Source: Amoebophrya sp. A120 (lineage: Eukaryota; Protista; Dinoflagellata). Taken from it: a DNA stretch of 64,000 nucleotides. The stretch spans positions 305,271 to 369,270 of the forward strand of contig CAJINV010000012.1 in assembly GCA_905178155.1 (NCBI GenBank), given 5' to 3'. A program made the position numbers and the translations under genes. Position 1 is the first letter of the stretch. Every line of letters begins with the position of its first letter. Below the pieces are notes generated by a model that saw only the letters and a list, made by a program, of their open reading frames with translations, searched no databases and was not told the DNA's origin. This document shows, piece by piece, positions 37,901 through 47,229 of this stretch.

Positions 37901-38770
37901 TGGCTTCGGTTTCGCCTTCGCAGAAGCGCCGGAGGGCTCTTTATTCAGCAGCACCGGCTTCTTGGGTTTTACTTTCACTGGCTCCCCATCCTCACCGAGG
38001 ATGACCTCGTCGTCGACATCGTAGAAATCGAAATCTTTATGGCGTTTTCAAACCTTATACTCACAACTGTAGCATGGATTTGTTGTAATGCGAGAACAGC
38101 AACAGTGAAAGGGGAACACTTGCAAATCGCGCATTACAAACTTTGAACAGATTTAGATGCTGTTTCGTCCTTCAAGAATTTGTCATGCGAATAATCTTGA
38201 TCGTCTGGCGGCTTATGATATGTTTGCATGACAAATCATGGTTCAACACCAGTTTAGAATGTAACATTTGAGAATCTCATAATCCTCGTCGTTTAATTGC
38301 AGCCCGAGGTTCTCCACTAGCGGTTCTTCCTCTACTGCGTTATTTTCTTCGACGTTATTTTCGACGTTCTGGTTTATTGATGTTGTTCCCCCTTCGTTTT
38401 TTTTGTTCATTTTCCGCATTTTCGCCTTCGGTTGCGGCGCGAAGTCCGGTTCGAGTTCGTCTTGTAGTTCTTGGGGGTTTTCATCAGCATTTTCAGGATT
38501 TTCCTCGTCCTCGTAGTCGTCCCCGAGATCGAGGTCCAGATCGAAATCCGGAATCTATCAAACAAAAAAGTGTTAGCGTTAACATTCACCTTAACCCTAT
38601 TAATGGTAGAGATGCATGACAAATTTTCGCTATGATGCGTCCTATGCAATACAAATTCGGGCTGAGGCACCATTTCTCATGCATGACAGCATGCCAAATT
38701 CTGTAGACGTTAACACTTTTTGCTTTTCCTGTGATAGAATTTTCGCCTTCTTCATCTTTTTCGGCGGCAT
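25918..38770 (-). CDS. (6-4) photolyase / animal-type cryptochrome-like flavoprotein, ~1730 aa, 36 exons, with acidic N-terminal and ~720-aa Lys-rich C-terminal extensions
   Basis: Removing 29 TIR elements (+5 nt each) and 6 GT-AG introns (35718-35897, 34258-34505, 32839-32995, 31518-31757, 29151-29348, 27946-28078) leaves 5193 nt in one open frame, from MPPKKMKKAK to GAKKKK*. Family motifs: [134 protein letters not shown]. Confidence 0.9.
25978..26186. mobile_element. Introner, J family
   Basis: TIR TAT.CAAGAAAAAAACTGTGT.AGTGTAAC; perfect flanks GCAGT; absent from the duplicate at ~22295. Confidence 0.9.
26712..26926. mobile_element. Introner (degenerate TIR)
   Basis: Shared inverted AGTTTGCA.GTC.ACTGTA; transcript flanks ACAGT/ACACC; frame restored. 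Confidence 0.65.
27033..27144. mobile_element. Introner, short I family (frame-preserving)
   Basis: TIR TATCCA.AGAAAAAAACC.ATCC; perfect flanks TGAAA. Confidence 0.85.
27640..27875. mobile_element. Introner with almost fully decayed direct repeat
   Basis: TIR TATGCACTGCAAACTTTTTGCC / TATTCACAGCAAACATTTTGCC; flanks AATCC/CTACG (1/5 match); +5 removal restores frame. Confidence 0.75.
28230..28491. mobile_element. Introner, A family
   Basis: 30-bp near-perfect TIR; perfect flanks CCTCA. Confidence 0.9.
28532..28879. mobile_element. Introner, A family, carrying a nested insertion
   Basis: 30-bp TIR; perfect flanks AGAGC; contains 28646-28723. Confidence 0.9.
28646..28723 (-). mobile_element. 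78-bp insertion with 8-bp target duplication and (TAC)n tail; possible truncated non-LTR/SINE fragment
   Basis: ACCAAGTT at 28638-28645 and 28724-28731; absent from related A elements (compare ~16045-16075). Confidence 0.6.
28886..29107. mobile_element. Introner, C-like family
   Basis: TATGCGTTGCAAGAGTACTT / TATCCTGTGCAAAAGTACTT; perfect flanks GAGCT. Confidence 0.85.
29414..29680. mobile_element. Introner, A family, inverted relative to 28230-28491
   Basis: TIR pair; flanks CGCGC/TGCGC; internal sequence is the reverse complement of 28230-28491. Confidence 0.9.
29746..29941. mobile_element. Introner
   Basis: TATGCATTGCAAAAG / TATGCGTTGCAAAG; flanks GTCGC/GTCGT. Confidence 0.8.
29984..30201. 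mobile_element. Introner, J-like family
   Basis: TATC.CAAGAAAAA...TACAGTTACA TIR; perfect flanks TTCTG. Confidence 0.85.
30589..30868. mobile_element. Introner, D family (TATCCTG.GTAAAAACGTCCCCAC.CCA.AGT)
   Basis: TIR pair; perfect flanks CCTCC. Confidence 0.9.
30962..31120. mobile_element. Introner, C family
   Basis: Perfect flanks TTCGT; one end reads CAT instead of TAT. Confidence 0.85.
31185..31347. mobile_element. Introner, C family (TAT....TGCAAAAGTATCGTACT.GTA)
   Basis: TIR pair; flanks ATGTT/ATGCT. Confidence 0.85.
31801..32052. mobile_element. Introner, A family
   Basis: Perfect flanks GTCTG; joins YNPAD to YSKDIDPNG. Confidence 0.9.
32094..32248. mobile_element. Introner, E family (TATCA.A..AAAAAGTGTTAACG)
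   Basis: TIR pair; perfect flanks GAAGC. Confidence 0.9.
32265..32566. mobile_element. Introner (degenerate TIR)
   Basis: TATGGCACAGTGGACAACTACT / TATGATAGTCGACAACTTACT; transcript flanks GTCTG/CTCCT; restores WITGSCSCF spacing. Confidence 0.7.
32629..32743. mobile_element. Introner, short I family (frame-preserving)
   Basis: Flanks TCGGA/TCGCA; interrupts conserved RDVFA|KYAIDND. Confidence 0.88.
33272..33550. mobile_element. Introner, D family, inverted relative to the other D copies
   Basis: Flanks GCTCT/GTTCT; internal TCTCATGGGGCTCCGCATGAGAAA is the reverse complement of the core in 30589-30868. Confidence 0.9.
33602..33810. mobile_element. Introner, H family (TATC.CACGAAAAAACTGTTTCACTGT)
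   Basis: 27-bp near-perfect TIR; perfect flanks GAGCA. Confidence 0.9.
33860..34138. mobile_element. Introner, D family
   Basis: TIR pair; perfect flanks CGTAG. Confidence 0.9.
34643..34926. mobile_element. Introner, D family
   Basis: TIR pair; flanks ATTCG/ATCCG; colinear with 30589-30868. Confidence 0.9.
35019..35181. mobile_element. Introner, G family (CCCGTAGTACA.GTACA core)
   Basis: Perfect flanks CACAT. Confidence 0.85.
35452..35644. mobile_element. Introner (decayed direct repeat)
   Basis: TATGAATGGCAAAAGT / TATGCACTGCAAAAGT; transcript flanks TGTTC/AGTGA; frame restored. Confidence 0.75.
36356..36611. mobile_element. Introner, A family
   Basis: Perfect flanks GACCA; joins EPYGLV to RDESV. 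Confidence 0.9.
36664..36884. mobile_element. Introner, B family (TATGA.AGTGCACAACT.CCCCTCCCCCTCAT)
   Basis: Perfect flanks CGTTG; colinear with 52880-53095. Confidence 0.9.
36949..37109. mobile_element. Introner, E family
   Basis: Perfect flanks AGTTC. Confidence 0.9.
37687..37864. mobile_element. Introner (decayed direct repeat)
   Basis: TATGCATTGCAAAT / TATGCAAATTGCAAAT; transcript flanks TGAAA/ACAAG; frame restored. Confidence 0.75.
38038..38281. mobile_element. Introner, F family
   Basis: TIR related to 13391 and 49674 copies; flanks ATCTT/ATCCT. Confidence 0.85.
38556..38736. mobile_element. Introner, E family
   Basis: TIR pair; flanks GAATC/GAATT. Confidence 0.85.
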
Positions 38771-40255
38771 GGTGGGCGAAGGTGGTCCGTCGTGTGGACG
38801 AAAGGTTGAGATAGTACGGAGTGAAGATCAAGATGCAGCTGGTGGTGCTGATGAGTGATTCTGGTTGTCCACCGAAGAACCTAGTAAAAATTTGACGTGT
38901 TCTTCTCGTCCGCCACCGGTCTACTTTGTGAAACGGAAGAAGATTGCTCTTGCACTTGCTTCGTAGGAGACGAGCGCTTCTTCTGTTGAAGCCCCAGATT
39001 GATTCTTCAAGCCAGCACCGTTTTTTCAGACCGTAGCAAGAAAAAGCTGAAAGACGAAAAGCGATCTGTTCTTTCGGCAAACTGAAACTTCATTCTTGTA
39101 TACGTAAGTAGTTGTCTTCTTCAGAAAACTCACTGTCAACTCAGCGTTGAAGAAAAATTGCTAGAGAAAATGAAAATTGCGTTTTTTTACAATTTGGATA
39201 CAACCAGCGCATGCTGCAAAATCAGTGAAACTTGAGTCAAACTTTAGCTCGACGTCCAAGAGACATACAAAGGCGATGCGAACAATGTGACAAAAACAAG
39301 GTGTCGATCAATTCAAGAAATTTGTTTACGGTTGCTTAGAAGATGAAGCGGGAAATAGATTGGATTGTGGAGTTCCTGCGCAAGAAAAAAATGCTCACGA
39401 GCCGACCAGTTATAGACCGAATGGAAGATCGATCGACGATACGAGGCGAAACGATGACGATTACGACGATTCTTGCGACAGAAACCACGACACGCCATGA
39501 GTACTGTCGGTTTCTTCATCTCCTGCTTCTCTCAAGAGGGCCATCAAGCAATATCTGTCTCTCTGCAGGTGTCCTAGTAGCTCTCGCTGTACTACGAGAG
39601 GTCGATCTATTTTGTGAGGGCGAAGAAACACAAAAATCAAAATGTTCAAAACAAAGACAGCGAACCTCTGCAGCGGGTTTTCGGATCCGAAAAAATGTAC
39701 AAGTGATGCTTCTTCTGGCGGAAAGGGCGCTACGTTCCTGACAATGTAGAGGAGCCTGTATTCTCAAAAAAGCAAAATGTCAGTGGTTCTAGTTTCTTCA
39801 AACACTCAGAGTAGCAGAACTGTGTTACCTTCCATTGCTTTAATTGAGTCAGTGTCGTGTCACCCTGGCGATAAAACAGAATTATGGGTTGACAGTTGGC
39901 AGTCGTGTTGTTTCTTGAAAACCAGAAGCATCATCAAAATTTCGAAAAGTACGTTTCCGCCGAACAGGAATCTTTCCAAGGCAAAAACCCGCCGCGGCAT
40001 TGGAATCTGTCTGCAGCTTCACGGAGCTCCTCTTCTGTCACGTACGCAGAAAATTTCTGCGACAGTTCATGCCCGCGGTCCTTGACCCGGGTCATGTCGA
40101 AGTGATTGAAGATGATGTACCCAACTGCGGGGTCTATACTATAATTTAGGAACTATTAGTATTCTAATTCTTGTGGTGCGCTATCGCTGTCAGACTGCAC
40201 TCGATCAATGAGCAACTCTTTCTCTTTTTTCATTTTCATCTTAGCACAGCGCTCC

Positions 40256-43200
40256 TTAGAAGTGAAAAAGATTAAGCCTCCAAACATGTAGTAGCCCTTG
40301 CGCGGAGGTGGGAGCAGTAGAACAAGAGTGTGGCGCTGCTGCAGGCGGCACTGCCATCATCTCGCCAGAGCAATCCCCGGAAGAGCCTTTTGGAGGTCCG
40401 CTTTTTATTCGATGATATACTCGTCCGAACCTGTCTGGTGTTGCAGGTGCACCTGCCGCAGCCTCGCGTTCTTCTTGCTGACTACTGGCGCGGCCGTCAC
40501 AAGGTCTACAACTTCTATCCAGCGATTGAAAAACAACAAACGGCCTCTCTTCCCCTGTCTTCCGGGCGGCTAATGCCACATTAAGCAACTCGTGCCACTC
40601 CGAAGAACTAGCAACCTCGTGCCAGTAGTGCGAAAAGTATGCGCTGTAGTTTTCGCTGTAGAGCTTGATTTTGTTGTTCGCTGGTGCGGGTGCCAGTTGA
40701 AGTTGATCTTTCCCAACTAACACGTAGCTCTGCTCTTCCAACACAGAAGGGCAAAGAGACACGAGTCCCGCGGACAGTTCGAAAAGGTTCTTCCTTCCTC
40801 GTTCCTTGCACCGGCGGACGGTGGAATAATCAGGAGGTTGCTGCTGGCTGTCGTCTTTCGATGCGTGGTCAACGTCGTCACTACCCCCGGTCGGATTGAA
40901 GATGTCACGACGAGGAGTACTAGCGCCACCCACCTGTATGAAAGGCTGCGCCACCAGGTCATACAGCTTCTGCAAGGCGTGCCGTCTCTGTGTCATTGCT
41001 GACAGGAACACTTGCTTCGCGTCTGATGAAGTAGAGAGCCCGGGATGATCAGAAACTCCAGCTTCACCACACTCAGGACCACGGGCGCAGCTATCTGTGT
41101 CTACCTCGGAGAAGGCTGCACTACTACCTGTTGGAGCAGAATGGTGATCATTCTCGGTCGTGTAGAAATAGGACACATCGACAAATCTCAGGGGCCAGCT
41201 GCGGCTGCGGTGGGCGGAGGTTGCTGCACCTGTTGCCGCGCCGTCGTCGGATTCAGGAGCCGCAGTTTCAGTTGTGCTGCTACAGGCCGTGCTACAAGAG
41301 CTCGACGGTGATGTTGTTGTTAACGCACCAAACGACCGCTGCTCCCATTTTTCATCTCCTGTTAGTTGCACCATCCTCGTTGGGTACAATCTTTCCGCCC
41401 CAAAATCATCGCCCCCGGGCTTGCTTTTTGCCAAAGCGCGTGCTAGAAAGCTTGGCTTTCTCACTTTGTGTTCCCCGTCCGGAAAAACTTGCTTTCGGGA
41501 TGAAAGCTGCGCGGTGCTTGGCTGCGGCGTCGAGGTCGCAACCTTCACCCGATTCAAAAATCCGACAGCGTCACCGGGCACGATAAATCGCTCGTCCAAC
41601 CTGCCGGCCTGCATGTCGATCTTTTGTATTTCCTGGAAAACTTTCGCGACAAATTCCAGGCCGAAAAAAATTTTATCCACAGGGTCGCCTGGAGGAAAGG
41701 TCGTGCGCAGTTGTTCCTGGTGTAGCTGGTGCCACAGCTCTTCGTTCTGTCGCACGCCCGCTTCCCAGAATTTGTTCCTCAAGTACTGCAGCGGTCTATG
41801 CTTTTTTTCCTCATTCTCCACTTTGTCTTGCTCGCTCTGTGTCCTGGGAGAATTCTTGGAAAGATGCTCCTGCACATCTTCAGACGTAGCGGAAGGTGAG
41901 GAAGACTGCACCCCAGCAGGAACCCTTGTAGTTGCGCTTGATGCCCTTCCGACGTAATCAAGCGGCCCGGGCAGCGAGGACGTGTTTACCAACTGCGTCA
42001 AAACAGACGGATGTCGGACCACTAGCAAGACGACAACCTGCAGCAGTTCCTGACTCAGAAACAAAGAGTCGGCCTTCCACACCTCGCTGAACTTTTTCCA
42101 ATACTGAATCGCGAAGAAACCACTCAGATACACGCTACTGGAGGAATTGTTATGTTTATCATCCTTCCATTTCGCAATCCCGTCCGCGACGGCAAGGAGT
42201 AGCTGCGCGCCGAAAGACAGCTCGGCGCCGGTGCTGCTCGCGCTGAAGTCGACCGTCTTCAGTAGTAGCAAGTATTTCGGCACCTGCTCGTAAAAAGTCC
42301 AGGCGCTCCGCTCACTTGTCTTGCTGAGGCTGGTCGTGCTGTCGACGAGAGAACTTCTGTTGCTGTTTTTTCCTGTTGGGAGGGAAGGGTGTTCGTTATT
42401 GCAGCGGCCTGCACGCTGGCATGATTCATCGTCATCTATAGGAGGGCGTCTTCCAGCAGTACGGATGATCTCCTCGTCGAACCAACGCAGTCCTTCGAGT
42501 TTTACCGTTGCTGCCATGGTGCGGACATGCTCCTCGTGGTAGAACATTTCTTCCGCGAGAAAATTGGCCAAAGAGCAGCTGGAAATGCGCGTACCTGGTG
42601 TAGTCGTGGTTTGAGCGGCGTCTCGCACAGAGGCGTCTCGCTGGGCGGGTGCAAGGTGGAGAGCCAGAGACTGTCCGTGTGGCGCAGCCTGTGGCGTATT
42701 CTGGGGCCCAACAACTACTGAAGGATGCGAGCTGCACGGGACAACATGGACAGGCCGACCTCTCGTCTTCAACTGCCTCGCTCTTTCCTTTACCTCGTGC
42801 ACGAATGCTGAGCCTGCCAGAACCTCTTTCAACCACTCCTCGTTCTGCGTGCGTGGATCCAAATGAGACCACTCCGTGGACGAAGTGCGGGTGGTCGATG
42901 AAAGTGGCGATGAGCCAGAGCGACGGCTTTCCGCTGGTGCGGCCACCACGAGGCTCTCCCCATTTGATGTTCTCGTGGTCTGCTCTGCATTTTGATCATT
43001 ATCCTTCCCGACGGTGTCGAAGAGCTCTTGCCCTCCTATCCCAAGCTTCCTCCGCACCCGTCTCGCGATCACCAATCGCGCTTGCTGTCTCACTTTTTCC
43101 AGCGAGTCGATGCAGCGGTACTGCAGCAGATCGAAGAGCAAGTGCGACAGCTGCTGTACTTCCCTGTGCTCCTCCGTTTGGAGTAAGTGGGATCTGATGG

Positions 43201-44258
43201 AGAACAGCGGGGGCAGGTGCCGGGCGCGGGCTGCGTAGGTGAAAACCAGGTCCCAAACCTCCACTGCGAGTTCGGATTGCTCCTCGAAGCGGATAACCTT
43301 TTTGGTGGCCGTAGCACTCTGATCTGCGCGGAGGTGGGCATCGTTCGTTCCCGAGCAAGCTCCTGCTGGAGCAGCTCCGACATCTCGTTCTAGCCAATGT
43401 TGCGCCTGTGCCTGAAACGTACCAAGAGCGTCATTTTCTGGCGCTGTGCATGGAAAACAAATCTGAGTCAGGATCTTTAGAGATAGTTGGGCTATTTGCG
43501 ATCGTTCCTTTCGCTGTTGCTATTCGGTGCGTTATCAACTACCATCTTGTAGTTTGTTGAAAGATCAAGATCCCGCGCCGGCGAACGCGTTTTGTAACTT
43601 CGCCTTCTGCAGGCCTAGAAGAATCAGCTTCACTTTCCTGACCCAGAAGTTTTTTCCACCTGCCAAGGATAGCAATTAGCCAGCGCGGAAGCGTCCACTG
43701 TTTTCGGAACAAGTGGGGCTGGGTATCTTCAGCATCTTCCGTGCTAACTGCCTCGATTGATATCAAGGAGTCGTCGTCCTCGTCGTCGTTTTCTGCAGAG
43801 GACGGTGCCTGCGTTCGGTCATTTGCTGCCCCTTGTGCAGCTCCGTATGCAGCATCCCGCGCCGCGCCCAGTGCTGTCCTAGAAGTCACGTCAGAAACAG
43901 AAGCCCGACCAAGATCTAGAAGGTCGTCTTCCATAATGGTATCACCATTTATTTCACTGTCTTCTCCTCGCGTAGGGGAGCTGCGCGAGGAACACAGGCT
44001 CGGGGTCTTGGAAGCGGAGAAAATGCTCGGTCGCTCCAGCGCAGCTGGAGACGTGGCGCCGGGGGTTGGTAGTGTTAAATTACTCAGACTGACGTCACGT
44101 GATCGCCCGTTGGATGGAACCGCGGCGCCCCATTTTGCTGCGCGTGCTAGTTGCGTGGCAGCCGCAAGCAGCAATAAGGCACTCCTCATAGTGAGGAGGA
44201 CGACTACTCCGAGAGGTCGGACACTGGCAACGCTGGACAACGGTGTCATCATGATCAT
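40256..44258 (-). CDS. Hypothetical ~1285-aa protein with N-terminal hydrophobic/signal-like segment; paralogue of 47230-51735
   Basis: 1002-aa ORF plus an upstream exon (MIMMTPLSS...VVVLLTMRSALLLLAAATQLARA) joined in frame by a 145-nt intron. Shares WTLPRWL, YAAR.R, RCI.SLEKVR, SLA.FLAEEM.YHE, QVPKYL and SFGAQLLLAVADG with the neighbouring gene. Confidence 0.7.
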
Positions 44259-47229
44259 GGAGGATGGGGATGGAATAAACGGGCTGCATTTTTCATCTTT
44301 GTTTCGAGAGTTCTCTTGTGATCGGCTCAGAAGACAAATACGAGAATAAACACGCAGGAGGAGCGCACACCGTTCGTGACCCGTCTGGACATACAAAAAG
44401 CTCCAAGAGACTGCAGGAGAAAACGAGCAAAACAATAGATACGCTCGCAAGTCGGGTGGAACATAGGACGACCCACGCTCTCCGAATAGAACGAAGGAAC
44501 GGCCGACAAACTGAGCCAAGAGCGGCGGCGCTCCTCGGGGTTGGGCCCTAACGAACCAGAGCACGCGACCGCGAAAGAATGTATCTGCGAGCGGTGCGGG
44601 CTCTCGCTTATCGGCACAAATGCTAGCTGTAAGCAATTCCACTCCTGTTGAAGCAATGGCACTGGGCCCACCGAGTCGCCCGGCAGCCAAACCAACACAA
44701 CGAACGAACGTGGGGCGGGCAATGAGAGGCATGGCGCCCTCCCCCCAAGCGCCCAAGCTAACAAGGCGGCAGCTTTGCAAGCACGCAGCGAGCGCGCGCC
44801 GGCCGGGAGCGGGGGCACATAATCGCCAGCCCTCTGCCTTTTATCGTGCTGGGTGGCCCAGGCCGGGGTGGCACAGCGATGCGAGCAAAACTTACTTGGC
44901 GCAGCCACCCAGCTTGCGCCTACATGAGGGGGGGGGGCTTGCTGCGGGCCCACCCTTCCGGGATCAAGGGCCCGGCCGAAGGGGCGGGCCCGGGCGCGCC
45001 ATGCCCTGGGCTTCACTGGCGCAACGGGCGGGCTGGCCTGCCAACGAACGAACCAGGGCGGGGCAAGGTAAGAAGGGCGCGCGAGCGCGGCCCCCCTCCC
45101 TCGGCGGCCGGGGGGGCGGCCGGAGGCCCAGGCAACAATCGAGCAACGGCGCGGGCGCGCCGGCGGGCGCGATGAAACGAGACGGGGGGGCCGGAAGGGG
45201 CCGGGGCCTTTCTTAGCCTTTTCCTTTTCGTTCCACTCCGGGACTCGGCGGCAGCCAAAAAACGGCCGGCCTTCCTCGGTCTCGGTGCGCGGGGGGGGGC
45301 GCGGCCGCCTTTTCCTTCTGCTGGTTCTCGCGCGCGAGCCCCCGGCGCGGAGGCCGGGCAGCCCCGAAGAAACAAGCACGGCACCCGGCCCCCCCCTGCC
45401 TTCGTTCATTCTTGGGCCGGGCCGGCGGGCGACGCAGGCGCCTTCAGGCGAACGGCGGGCCCACTTACCCGGGGGCCGGGCCGACGCGCCCAAGCCCACA
45501 GTTCTTCTCGCCTTCCGGGGTCCCGGAGGGCGTAGAGGAAGGCCAAGGGGCCGCATTTGTCCCAGGCATGACCGGAGTGAGCTGGACACTGAAGACCCAA
45601 GCGGCCCCCGCCCCGAAGGGCCCACCAAAGAGCGGGGGCAGCGCGCTGGGCACGTTCCTCACACGAAGCGGGGCGCGCGCGTGGGCGAGACAACAAACAA
45701 GGAACCGCCCACAATGGAGGCCGGGGCGGGCCGGCGCGCGGGCGGCGCCTTTGATTGCGTGCAGGACTGCCGCCGGCCTTCCTTCCTCGGCGCCCGCGTT
45801 CGTTCCATCCTGCGCCGGAGGCGGCCGGGCGCGCCGATCGCCCGAAGCATCCAAGCCACCCCGGCCGCCCGAGGCCCTGGGGCAGGCCAGCGCGGCCTTT
45901 TTCATGCAGGGAACGTTGGGAGACCCAGGGTCGGCCGCGCCTTGCCCGCCGATAGGTTTCTTGAAGTTCTCCGGCCTCCGTCGAAATGCTTCGGCCATTC
46001 TTCACTAATTTGCGGCACTGTAGTCGTTTCTTTCATTCGAAAGGCCCCAATGGCCAACGGAGGGGGTTTTTGCGCTGGCAATGTGGGGCGCGCAGGGAAT
46101 CGGGCAGCTGCTCCGTCTTCCCGAGCGCCGCAGGCGCAGGCGCGCGGGCGAGTCCCTCGGCAGCGGCCATCCCACGAGCGAATGCCAGGAAGGCCGGCCG
46201 CAAAGAAACCGCTGCCCGCCTCGCTCTGGTCATTTCCGCGGCTTCCTGGGTGTTTGCCGACTCGCCTGGCCGCCGCTAGGGATCATCCAGCGCCATGCGC
46301 GCGACGCTTCCCGCCCCCCTCCGGGCGCGACATTGATGGGGCCGAAGCGGCCCCGTCGGAAAATTTATTGCCGACCTGTCCTAGTACATTCCCCAGGTCC
46401 TGCTCGATGTGCTTGTCGAGAATTGTAGCGCAGATATTCACGGGCGTCAGATCGCCATTTCATGGTCCTCGCAGACGAACAACAACAAACCATGCCCAGA
46501 TACGTAGCGATCAAGCGATGGGGCCGCTGCGTAGTTTCTTGTACTTGCACATTTCCCAGACGATTCCGAATCGTATTGACTTCCGCGCGTGAACGTTAAA
46601 ATCCGAGCTCTTTCTGATGCGTCATAGGTGCACCGGCATTTCCTTCATTACAACATGATACGGCTTTTACCTTTCCCATCTTGTACAACTTACTTTCAAC
46701 TACTTTATTCTTGACGCACTGCATTCTGGATGTTGATCCGCCTCCTGTGATGATTCTTTAATAGACAAGAGTGCTACCGCGACTCATGTTGCAACAAACA
46801 CGAGCGCGCGGCGCATTCAAGTGACCTGTCCAACGTAGGTTAGCAAAATGCATTCTAGATTTTCTTGTTTAGTGTTGAAAGATGAAAGCTGGTCGTGTAA
46901 ACGAAAATTACAACTCGATGCCGTCCTTTGCAGCGAATGGATTGAAATTAGAATATTTTTGCACTGAATAACCCCTCACAAAGAGAAAAAGATAAAGTGC
47001 ACGAAGTGCCATCGGTTCGGCAAAAATATGAATAGTTTGCTTTTTTTACGTGACATGTTTAACCTATTACTTTCTAATGCCTTTATTCTTGAATTCAAGT
47101 TCGGACATCGCGCCCCTCTTTCCACTCGCCTACGCACACATCAAAGCCACTTCCTTACCACGCTGCCCATTTATTTCCATACGTAACTATTCGTATTCCA
47201 CGATCGTACAATCGTGGTCCGCGGCGAAT

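Noticed and set aside
44327-46592. Long overlapping ORFs (433 and 435 aa) and similar ORFs in other GC-rich blocks
   Set aside because: They are open in several frames on both strands because stops are rare at high GC; composition is R/G/P/A with no motifs.
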